From IMG/VR virus record IMGVR_UViG_3300005512_000001, positions 224,001 through 288,000 of that record: a DNA stretch of 64,000 bases; one strand, 5' to 3'. Shown here one piece after another: positions 47,821-56,231 of the stretch. The stretch comes from a virus (lineage: Duplodnaviria > Caudoviricetes). The position numbers and the translations under genes were made by a program. A model generated the notes under the pieces. It saw only the letters and a list, made by a program, of their open reading frames with translations. It did no database searches and had not been told where the DNA came from. Positions within the stretch are counted from its first letter, which is position 1. Each line of letters starts with the position of its first letter.

Positions 47821-49452
47821 ATGCCAATTCAAATATTGCCACAAGCTCCTTTTGACGGTCAGATTTTTGTGGATTTCCATAGGATAAAATGGAGCTATAG
47901 TGCTGAAGACTCAACTTGGAATAGGATTGGGGTTGCTACTGATGTTCCTATAGCTAGGAGTGAGGGCAATGAGTTAGGACCAACTAACGGACTGTTTAGT
48001 GCACGCGATAAGATAATGCTGGACAATCTTACCGACAAAGCTGGCGGCTTTGGATTATTACTGAAACCTGGGTATTATCTCACAGAAGATGGTGCTGCTG
48101 ATAACATTCTAACTGGTGATGTTGGGGTTGTCAGCGAGACGTTGAAATTCGACTGTACTAATATTAATAGGGTTGGCGATGGATTTGGTACAGTTCCGAC
48201 CGTAAAGGTTGGTCTTAGCCGAAACTTTTTAGAATCATACCAACTAGAAATAGTTGGGCCGACAGGGCCAAAGGGCGATAAGGGTGCGACTGGCGACGAT
48301 GGTAGACCTGGTACTGGTGACGGCCCACAAGGCGATCCAGGTACAGATGGTGCAGATGCGACTGCACATAAATTTAGCGGGATTATTTATGAAGAATTAG
48401 ATGAGATTTTTGATACTGCAGTTGTTAATTTGAGGCTAGACGCACCAAATGGAATATTAGAAGTCACTAAAGCTAAGATGGATGTGCCGGGTGATGATAA
48501 AGCCGCTTCTAGGGTTGCAGCGACTCCAGTCGTACGCGACATAGAATTTTTATCAACTGACCTTAGTAAGTGGCAATTAATAGCAAGTACAGATGACCCG
48601 GCTGCGGTTGTTGACCTTAATTTGATAAGGTTACCAAAAGGATGGACCGGTGATTCAGATAGCCCAGTCCCTGTGACACCAGTTAAATTAAGTGTGGCGG
48701 CCCAAAGTGTAATTGACCACTTCCAAACTGAGGCCAATAATATTATTGAGCAATGGGATAAAGAACTTAATGACTGGATTATTGAGCGTGATAAGGCAGC
48801 ACGTGATGTTCTACACAATTTGGCCACAGATTTGGCCGAATGTCAATTTGAACTTCCGTTGGAATTCTGCTTAGGAATCACTCCATCCGACTGTAATCCG
48901 ACTGCTTTAGGGCAGCCTATTGGTAGAGTCGGCAATGCTGCTCTAATCGTCTTTATAGATGAGACTAAGACCATTTACTATCCTGGTAATGAAACATATG
49001 GTGAGACTGGTACTGAACGATATGATAGTGATTTGACCACATTAGAAACCACTATTGCAGATAATACTGGTACTGCATGGGTCAGCACGACATTAGCGGT
49101 TTGGAAGCCCTCCCAAGACAATCACGTTATACCGCAGAGTCGCCAGCCTGATGGCTTTACAATAGTGACTATAAATAGGCCACCGACGTTTGCAGAGCTT
49201 ATAAATAATTTCACTACGTTGCAAAATCAGTTAACGATTGTTGCTGGGGTTGGCACAGAATTTGACAATATCTTCCTGCTGGTTGATAATTCTGGGTCTA
49301 TGGTAACTAACACAATTGAGCCAGGTTATAGTGCATTTGTAGCGTGGTTAGGTAATAATGCTAGCGGCAATGTGATAGAGCAAACGTTCGAGGATGAGCG
49401 TTGGCTACGATACGTTAACGAATTTTTGTTGTCACTAGCAGTTACGCCATAA
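47821..49452 (+). CDS. Collagen-repeat virion fibre protein with C-terminal vWA-like motif
   Basis: GPTGPKGDKGATGDDG.. G-X-Y run; LLVDNSGSM. Confidence 0.65.
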   Translation: MPIQILPQAPFDGQIFVDFHRIKWSYSAEDSTWNRIGVATDVPIARSEGNELGPTNGLFSARDKIMLDNLTDKAGGFGLLLKPGYYLTEDGAADNILTGDVGVVSETLKFDCTNINRVGDGFGTVPTVKVGLSRNFLESYQLEIVGPTGPKGDKGATGDDGRPGTGDGPQGDPGTDGADATAHKFSGIIYEELDEIFDTAVVNLRLDAPNGILEVTKAKMDVPGDDKAASRVAATPVVRDIEFLSTDLSKWQLIASTDDPAAVVDLNLIRLPKGWTGDSDSPVPVTPVKLSVAAQSVIDHFQTEANNIIEQWDKELNDWIIERDKAARDVLHNLATDLAECQFELPLEFCLGITPSDCNPTALGQPIGRVGNAALIVFIDETKTIYYPGNETYGETGTERYDSDLTTLETTIADNTGTAWVSTTLAVWKPSQDNHVIPQSRQPDGFTIVTINRPPTFAELINNFTTLQNQLTIVAGVGTEFDNIFLLVDNSGSMVTNTIEPGYSAFVAWLGNNASGNVIEQTFEDERWLRYVNEFLLSLAVTP

Positions 49453-49460
49453 GGTGGTAT

Positions 49461-51059
49461 ATGGATTTTCCTAAAAACCCTAGCGATGGTATGATTTTTG
49501 AGAGCACGCCTGGTGTTTATTATCAGTATAGTGCTGGTGTGGCGTCATGGTACAGAGTCTCTACACCATCTATACCATTAGCCTCGCCATTAAATGATGG
49601 CTTGATGTCGTCTGATGACTTTATCAAATTGACTGGTTTAATTATTCCTCCCCCGCAGATTGCATTAACTTTTGAAGATTGCGATGTCTCATATGACAAA
49701 GGGTTCCTTGATATTACTGGTGATGATGATGGTATTGTGCAGGTAGATGTCAATGCCGAAAATTTCCACGAGAATACTACTAAGATAGATTTCAATCTTG
49801 ATACTGAAAAATTATCGCAATATTTAGTCACACTGGGGCAATTACGCCTCACTGCTCCGCAAGGTTTACAAGGCGATAAAGGCGATTCGGGCCAAGATGG
49901 TGCTAATGCTCTTCCAACCGGCCCACAAGGCGAAGATGGTGTAGATGGTGCTAATGCACCATGGCCCGGAATTTTAGCTGAAGAAACATTCGATATAGCA
50001 CAACAAAGTCGCGCCGTAGTTGATATAGATGTAAAGAAGGTAAGCCCGGAAGAGAACTATATTGTAGTGCGTCGTGCTAATATAGGCAACCCAGATTCGT
50101 GCCCAGACACAATCTTGCCACAAGATGTGCAAAGCCCATGGATATTGGCATTTGATGCGGAGGGGTCTGTTTCAGCTACACAACTCGTAAGTCCTGTGAC
50201 AGGTGAAGTTTGTGCATGGGCATGTAGGTCTGATTTGTTTTATTTCGATATTGATATTATTCTGCAGTCAATTAAAACACACTGGACTAATTATTTAAAT
50301 AGTGTAAAGGCAGAGAAAGAGGCGCTAGCAGATACATGGTTGACAGCCATGATAGAATTATTCAATGAGCAAAAATCAGCTCTGTGCTGTGCCCTTGAAG
50401 CCTGTCGATCTCGTACTCGCAATGTGCAAACGAGGCAATATATCGAGCAGCAACGGATTCAAGCTGCACAAGGTAATTATCAATTAATCATAGGTGGTGA
50501 TGATGAAAAAGAATTTCCACCGTTAGATGCTGATGGAAATTGTACCTGGAATATCGCACCAACTAATCTTAATTTAACGCATTTATCAGACCAAGATTGT
50601 GAAGTTGATTGGACAATACTTTGCCCAGATGTTATTGGTACAAACTGGGCATCGGCGCATTCATTTAATGCTATGTCATCTGCATATACCCAAGATGTCA
50701 TAGTTACTGTTGATGGTAGTGGCGACCCAGCCGCTGTTTTATCAGCTTCTGGTGAGTACACTGATGGGACGATATTAGACAGCCCTGAACTAAAGCAATG
50801 GGTATGGTCTAATAATGATGGATGGATATTGGTAATATGGTATTGCTATAGTGATAGTAAGTATGCATCTAGGCTATATAAATCAGATGGTATTAATGCT
50901 GGCTATTGGGATTTTGGTGGCGAGCATAATGTGACACAATGTTTTATGGCTGGTGAAGTCTTAAAAATTCTAGATTTTGAGCCTGGTATGGCATTTTCTC
51001 TTAATGGCAGTAATGCATTGGCCGGTCTTAGGGCCAATATTAAAGTTTTAAGTAAATAG
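49461..51059 (+). CDS. Collagen-repeat virion fibre protein
   Basis: MDFPKNPSDG, GLMSSDD, QGLQGDKGDSGQDG; paralogous layout to the previous gene. Confidence 0.65.
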   Translation: MDFPKNPSDGMIFESTPGVYYQYSAGVASWYRVSTPSIPLASPLNDGLMSSDDFIKLTGLIIPPPQIALTFEDCDVSYDKGFLDITGDDDGIVQVDVNAENFHENTTKIDFNLDTEKLSQYLVTLGQLRLTAPQGLQGDKGDSGQDGANALPTGPQGEDGVDGANAPWPGILAEETFDIAQQSRAVVDIDVKKVSPEENYIVVRRANIGNPDSCPDTILPQDVQSPWILAFDAEGSVSATQLVSPVTGEVCAWACRSDLFYFDIDIILQSIKTHWTNYLNSVKAEKEALADTWLTAMIELFNEQKSALCCALEACRSRTRNVQTRQYIEQQRIQAAQGNYQLIIGGDDEKEFPPLDADGNCTWNIAPTNLNLTHLSDQDCEVDWTILCPDVIGTNWASAHSFNAMSSAYTQDVIVTVDGSGDPAAVLSASGEYTDGTILDSPELKQWVWSNNDGWILVIWYCYSDSKYASRLYKSDGINAGYWDFGGEHNVTQCFMAGEVLKILDFEPGMAFSLNGSNALAGLRANIKVLSK

Positions 51060-51063
51060 ATTG

Positions 51064-51360
51064 ATGACCAATGAACTTTATTATCTTACTGCTGAAGAGA
51101 TTCGACATTATCAATATATGTTGTCGAATGGGTATGAACACAAAATTGTTGAATTAGGCAACCAAACATATATTGTATTCCCATTAATCGATAAGTCGCA
51201 CATCGGAGTCGCGTGGCCTTCTGTTACTGGTAAGATTGATGGTGTATCTATAGATAGCGACACAATGTTTCAACCTTGCATGCCGTTGCAAAATAAATTG
51301 ATGAGGCATCTGAAAGGCTCGACATTAAGAATATTGGTTTTCCCAAAATATGCAAATTAA
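51064..51360 (+). CDS. Hypothetical protein
   Basis: ORF in the operon. Confidence 0.5.
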   Translation: MTNELYYLTAEEIRHYQYMLSNGYEHKIVELGNQTYIVFPLIDKSHIGVAWPSVTGKIDGVSIDSDTMFQPCMPLQNKLMRHLKGSTLRILVFPKYAN

Positions 51361-51892
51361 TATTGATAATTTTATGGGGCTGTTTGAACGCCGTGGATTT
51401 ATAAAATTTATGGCAATACATATGCCAGAACTATTAAAATTACACGGGAATGCTGTTGCGTCTGGTGCGAGCGTATCAGCAATGCGTAACGTGTGCCTTG
51501 AGATATATAATAAGCTTAGAGTGTCGCCTAATTGGCCAAAATTTGTGGCTATGATGGAATCGAAATTCCGAGATTCTGCTAGTGAATTATCGAATACCGC
51601 TAAAATGATGATGCCAGCGACTGAAGACAAAAATGGTGTGTTTAGTTGTTATGACCCGCAATCATTAAGGTTCCCAATGCAAATGATGTTTCGTGGCGAT
51701 ACTAAGCTATTACCCAGCGTCATAAGCGAGTTTACTTCTAATACTATAGCTGCTGAATCAGTTATTATTGGGGGCTTTGGGTATGTTGAATACATGCCAA
51801 CTAATTTTGAGGGGTTTGTTGACAATATTCCAGATAATAATTGGGAAATCCGCATATGGAAGGCCAAAAATAAACATGAGGTGAAGAAATGA
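51350..51892 (+). CDS. Hypothetical protein
   Basis: 180-aa ORF overlapping its neighbours. Confidence 0.6.
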   Translation: MQINIDNFMGLFERRGFIKFMAIHMPELLKLHGNAVASGASVSAMRNVCLEIYNKLRVSPNWPKFVAMMESKFRDSASELSNTAKMMMPATEDKNGVFSCYDPQSLRFPMQMMFRGDTKLLPSVISEFTSNTIAAESVIIGGFGYVEYMPTNFEGFVDNIPDNNWEIRIWKAKNKHEVKK

Positions 51893-52644
51893 AATTCGAC
51901 AATAAAAACGAATACTATGTGGTAAAGGGCTGGTTTGAAGACACTAATGGTTTGCATGGCAATACATTCTATGGCGCAATGGCTACATCAGACAATCCAT
52001 TAATCCCAACACGTGTGGTGGTTAATGGAGATAATGCGAGGTTGGCCAGTGAGATGGCTGCGAGGCAACCTGCGAAAGTCTTCCAGCAAGAGCTTTCAGA
52101 ATGCTATGATTCTGGTGGGTTGAACCCAAAAGAGCGAGAAGATACTGCATCCTTGTTATTAGATGACCCAGAGCAGCTACGCCAGATTCGTGCTTGGGCA
52201 GACGACGAAGGGATTAATGTATGGAGCGATGGGCGTAAATTGTTTGTGAGCTTCCATGATAGCACCGAAGATGTGGACCACAAAATAGCCAAATTAAGAG
52301 AGCTTTCCCCAAATACTGAGATAGCATGGGATTATGAAGCGGGGCCAGGTGATGAAAGTAAATGGCAGCTAGTTACGGAGATGACTGGTAGTGGCGGTAT
52401 TGCTATGGGCAATTTTGCGCTTAATGTTAGCTCGCCGACCAATACTAGCAAATTAGGGATGCCAGATAGGGGTGGGCATGGCCGCATGAAGAATTTAAAA
52501 AGTGGTAAAACCAAAGATTCTAAGCAGGTTAAAGTCGGTCGCAATATCAAAGGCGGCGGTAGGAATAAACTTACCGGATTTGGCTCTAAGGGCACATTAG
52601 GCACCATTAGCCAGAGCGGTGGTCGAAGAGGCGGTAATCAATGA
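51889..52644 (+). CDS. Hypothetical protein with basic Gly-rich tail
   Basis: GAGGTG SD; LVTE/MTGSGGIA followed by a K/G-rich tail. Confidence 0.6.
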   Translation: MKFDNKNEYYVVKGWFEDTNGLHGNTFYGAMATSDNPLIPTRVVVNGDNARLASEMAARQPAKVFQQELSECYDSGGLNPKEREDTASLLLDDPEQLRQIRAWADDEGINVWSDGRKLFVSFHDSTEDVDHKIAKLRELSPNTEIAWDYEAGPGDESKWQLVTEMTGSGGIAMGNFALNVSSPTNTSKLGMPDRGGHGRMKNLKSGKTKDSKQVKVGRNIKGGGRNKLTGFGSKGTLGTISQSGGRRGGNQ

Positions 52645-53081
52645 GAAGTGTTATGGTCGATAACCAATACCCACGAGTAGGAATTGCTAAACCAGGTAGC
52701 CAAGTCTATGAGCTTGTAATAAGTGATTTCTTACAAGTTTTATCGCCACCAAATCACTTTGAATTGTCGGAATTTGACCCGAACGATTACTTTGTCACTA
52801 GTGGCGATGCAGTACAGAAGACTAAATATTTATGTAAAGTCTTATGGTCATATGCTGGTGAAGTAAGAAGACAACTAAACAAAATGAAGCGGCCTGCTGC
52901 GGCTGACAAGAAGTTTGAAAAATTATGTTGGGGGCAGGCTGGGGCCGCACGTAAAATGTTGAATGCGTTGATTGCTGTTAGGGGAGAGGATGTATTTTTA
53001 GAAACAGAATGGAATGAGCACATGCTGATTGTGATACCAAAGAATCCTCGTGTGCGTAAAATCATGTTGAAAAATAAGTAG
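52641..53081 (+). CDS. Hypothetical protein
   Basis: 146-aa ORF, ATGA overlap. Confidence 0.6.
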   Translation: MRSVMVDNQYPRVGIAKPGSQVYELVISDFLQVLSPPNHFELSEFDPNDYFVTSGDAVQKTKYLCKVLWSYAGEVRRQLNKMKRPAAADKKFEKLCWGQAGAARKMLNALIAVRGEDVFLETEWNEHMLIVIPKNPRVRKIMLKNK

Positions 53082-53092
53082 TAGGTGGGCCG

Positions 53093-53566
53093 ATGAAATT
53101 ATGTATACTGGGGCATTCTGAATCAGGCAAAACAACAGCCGCAGAGATTTTAGCAGAGCTACTCGATACAAAATGTTTAAACACTTCTGACCAGCTAATA
53201 ATTGAATTAGCAGCAGCAATAGGCGTTCCTGCCGACAAAATAGCACGAAACAAAAAGCAGTATCGCACACAGTTATTTGATTACGGCAGAAGCAAGCAAT
53301 CCAAACATCCATCGTGGCCACAGGATATACAAATATTAGAAGCCGATATCTTGACAGGGCTGCGCAGCCCAGATGAGGTTAAAGCAGCTCGTGAGTGCTG
53401 CTTGTATGATTTGATTATTTGGATTGATAGGCCCGGATGCGAAGCCAATGAGACTGATAGATTAACGCCAGACCATGCTGATTTGACCATCAAAAACGAT
53501 GGGAGTATTGAAGATTTGAGAGCGCGATTAACAACACTACTATCCCAATTGCAATTGCAGAAATAA
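53093..53566 (+). CDS. P-loop nucleotide kinase (dNMP kinase-like)
   Basis: ILGHSESGKTT, TGLR..E, IWIDRP, IKNDGSIEDL. Confidence 0.75.
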   Translation: MKLCILGHSESGKTTAAEILAELLDTKCLNTSDQLIIELAAAIGVPADKIARNKKQYRTQLFDYGRSKQSKHPSWPQDIQILEADILTGLRSPDEVKAARECCLYDLIIWIDRPGCEANETDRLTPDHADLTIKNDGSIEDLRARLTTLLSQLQLQK

Positions 53567-53846
53567 TGAGTGCTTTGCGCCAATTTCTTGGATTTTCTGC
53601 CTCTGGTGTTTTTGCCTTGTTTATGTGCCGTCTGAGAATCTCTAATTTTGATTCAATCTTCTTGAGTCGTCTGAACTCGATATAATCAATTTTTGTTAGT
53701 TCTTTGACCACTAGGCCGGTTCGTGACAATTCTAATATTGCCATCTCATACCGATCGCTTTCGATGGCCCCCTCATAATACTTATCTATACCGTCATCTT
53801 TGTATTTAATGTCAGAACCATAAGCTTTCCATTTGAAGTAGGGCAT
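53490..53846 (-). CDS. Membrane-anchored protein with PilC/GspF-like N-terminal domain
   Basis: MPYFKWKA..YEGAIESD...AILELSRTGLVVKEL plus C-terminal TM; ATG 53846. Confidence 0.5.
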   Translation of the reverse strand: MPYFKWKAYGSDIKYKDDGIDKYYEGAIESDRYEMAILELSRTGLVVKELTKIDYIEFRRLKKIESKLEILRRHINKAKTPEAENPRNWRKALIISAIAIGIVVLLIALSNLQYSHRF

Positions 53847-53863
53847 AATCTTCAAATACAGGA

Positions 53864-54391
53864 GTGGAAATGCAAGAGCAAAAGATGCCTAGAAAATTGC
53901 TAGCACAGTATGACCAAGATATTGAATGGAGATTGAGCTATGCGAAACTTGGTGATGTTGGTTTAGATTTACCGATTAGGGTTGCTGGGTCTGTAGTACA
54001 GCCTATCGAATTTAGTCACCTCATTAAACCTAATGGTGATGTTGATGACACCACACCATGGCTTGAGGTGCCGCCTGGTGGCTATGCCGAAATAGAGACT
54101 GGTGTGCGTGTAAAAGTTCCAGATGATGCGTGGGCTTTGATTACGGGTAGGTCTTCGACGGCCTGGAGACAGCGATTGGTTGTGGTGCAAGGCGTTATTG
54201 ACTCCGGTTATACTGGCTATCTCCGCACTCTTGTTTATAACCCAAGTAATATTATCAAACGTGTACATGAGGGCGATAGATTGGCCCAATTAATCGTTCT
54301 GAAAAAATACGAGCTTGATTGTATTGAAGCGGTTGATGAGCTGCCAGAAACTCAACGCGGAGACTCTGGTTTTGGTTCCACAGGAGCTTGA
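53864..54391 (+). CDS. dut: dUTPase
   Basis: GLDL, GRSS, GVIDSGYTG, GDRLAQL, RGDSGFGSTG. Confidence 0.95.
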   Translation: MEMQEQKMPRKLLAQYDQDIEWRLSYAKLGDVGLDLPIRVAGSVVQPIEFSHLIKPNGDVDDTTPWLEVPPGGYAEIETGVRVKVPDDAWALITGRSSTAWRQRLVVVQGVIDSGYTGYLRTLVYNPSNIIKRVHEGDRLAQLIVLKKYELDCIEAVDELPETQRGDSGFGSTGA

Positions 54392-54392
54392 T

Positions 54393-54695
54393 ATGCAAGA
54401 AAAGAAATATATAGTACTATATGCTCGGGTTGTTGACGATAAAGAGATGGGTGCTATAATGACCGGCATATTTCTCGGTGGTGTTCGTGACACTGAGGAA
54501 GAGGCAGATGAACTAGCTACCAAATGTGTATCGGAGACGCAAGGTGGTATAATCATACCCAAAGTTGTCCGCATGAATACAGATAACCTATTAGATATGA
54601 TACATAATATCGAAGAACAGTTTGAGCAGATGGCCGATAGTATGTATGAGAACGAGAAGACCTATAATAATAGCAACAAAAAACACAGACTCTAG
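54393..54695 (+). CDS. Hypothetical protein
   Basis: Start MQEKKY just after the dut stop. Confidence 0.55.
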   Translation: MQEKKYIVLYARVVDDKEMGAIMTGIFLGGVRDTEEEADELATKCVSETQGGIIIPKVVRMNTDNLLDMIHNIEEQFEQMADSMYENEKTYNNSNKKHRL

Positions 54696-56200
54696 CTCAA
54701 TTCTAACTGACCTTTTATAGCACATTTATGGCATTTATATTTATTGTTTTTGGAAATATTATTCCGATAAGATTTTAATTTGATTTTGTTGTGAGTACCA
54801 CACTCGCAGATTGCTTCTATTATTTTGTCCCAATTGATATTAGAATTTGTTCTATTGTTATAAATTCCTTTATTCCAGCTCTCTTTAATACTACATGAAT
54901 GACACATGTACCCGCCATGTTTATGTATTGCTCTTTGTAGGGCCTTATGGGACGCCTCAAATTCATTGCCGCATAATAGGCATTTAGTTTTAGGCGCAGT
55001 GGTTTTTACTTTTGGACGACATATTGGAGCATTTAACCAATATATAAATCGTTTTTTTGGCTCCGTATTTATTTTTGTTAAGCTATTTGCAATTGCATAA
55101 TCAGATTCTTTGGACCCCATTTTTGTAGCATAATCCCATATTGTCTTTTTATGGATTATGCATTTATTTCTATCGACATAATAATAAGACGGCCGCGTCT
55201 CTCCATCATATTCCCAATTAGAGGCTTTATAAATACTGCCAGAATACCCGAAGTGCGGGTCAGCAAACGAAACTAACAATGTAGCGTCACTTTCTTTTTT
55301 TAATAATTTGATTGTTTGGCTAATGGCCCAACTAGCTAGATTTTTAACGTGATATTTATCATGAATTGCAAACCTAGCTAGCTCCAGAATCTTAGATATG
55401 GGTTGCCCATGCTTCTTGCACACTGTGTTGTAGCTTGGGTGAGCATAGACTAATGATGCTATTAATAGGTTCGAATTATATACTCCATATATAAATTTTG
55501 AATTTTTTCTGAATTTAGGCAGATAATGGAAACGATGGAAAAATTCATTAGCTATCTGTATTGGAATCGTTTTGCATTCTAAATTATGTATATTTATTGT
55601 TATTTGTTTTATGTTTTTATCTGTTATTTTCCTGAGAAATTTTTCTATGGCTCCTTTTTTTATGGTTTCTAAATCATCGATATAATACAATTTGAGGCTT
55701 TGATAATTGTTGGATATAAATGCCTGCTTAGCTATGTCGCGAGATATGTTTTGGGGTTGAGAGTGCCAATATCTACCTTGTACTTCTAATAATATTTTAT
55801 AGTCTGCAAGATAAAAATCGAATATATATGGGCCAAATTCACACTGTTTTTTGTATCTAATATCTAATGATTGCAATACTGATTCTACAGCCAATTCGGG
55901 TTTAGTGTCTGAGATTGGTATTAAAGATTGTGGCAATTCTTTGCGTTTGCGTTTTTCCCAAACTTTTTTGCCATTTTCAGATGCTCGTTGCTTGTGTAAA
56001 TCAGATGAGAAGTAGGCTTTTCGTTTTTCGGCAGCTTGTTTAGTAAATAGTCCTCTCCCGCGATTGCGGGGCTTTTTAGCTGCCTCTATCATTTTATGGG
56101 ATGGGTTTTCCCATCGTTTACGTAATGATTTGGAAAGTTTGCATCTGCTGCAATTTTGGTTTTCCCCCTTAATTGCACCACATATACAAATATCTGACAT
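54692..56200 (-). CDS. Vsr/DUF559-like endonuclease + Mom-like GNAT + Zn-ribbons, copy 3
   Basis: YIFDFYL..LLEVQGRYWH; FHYL, ELARF, ASWAISQ, VSFADP..GSIYKASNW; CxxC pairs at both ends. Confidence 0.75.
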   Translation of the reverse strand: MSDICICGAIKGENQNCSRCKLSKSLRKRWENPSHKMIEAAKKPRNRGRGLFTKQAAEKRKAYFSSDLHKQRASENGKKVWEKRKRKELPQSLIPISDTKPELAVESVLQSLDIRYKKQCEFGPYIFDFYLADYKILLEVQGRYWHSQPQNISRDIAKQAFISNNYQSLKLYYIDDLETIKKGAIEKFLRKITDKNIKQITINIHNLECKTIPIQIANEFFHRFHYLPKFRKNSKFIYGVYNSNLLIASLVYAHPSYNTVCKKHGQPISKILELARFAIHDKYHVKNLASWAISQTIKLLKKESDATLLVSFADPHFGYSGSIYKASNWEYDGETRPSYYYVDRNKCIIHKKTIWDYATKMGSKESDYAIANSLTKINTEPKKRFIYWLNAPICRPKVKTTAPKTKCLLCGNEFEASHKALQRAIHKHGGYMCHSCSIKESWNKGIYNNRTNSNINWDKIIEAICECGTHNKIKLKSYRNNISKNNKYKCHKCAIKGQLELS

Positions 56201-56231
56201 AATAGAATCCTCTTCTATTATGTACTTTTGA
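56197..56231 (-). promoter_or_regulatory. Start-codon-sequestering hairpin with adjacent late-type promoter motif
   Basis: Minus strand TCAAAAGT-ACATAATAGAA-gagga-TTCTATTATGT; SD in the loop, ATG in the stem. Confidence 0.6.
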
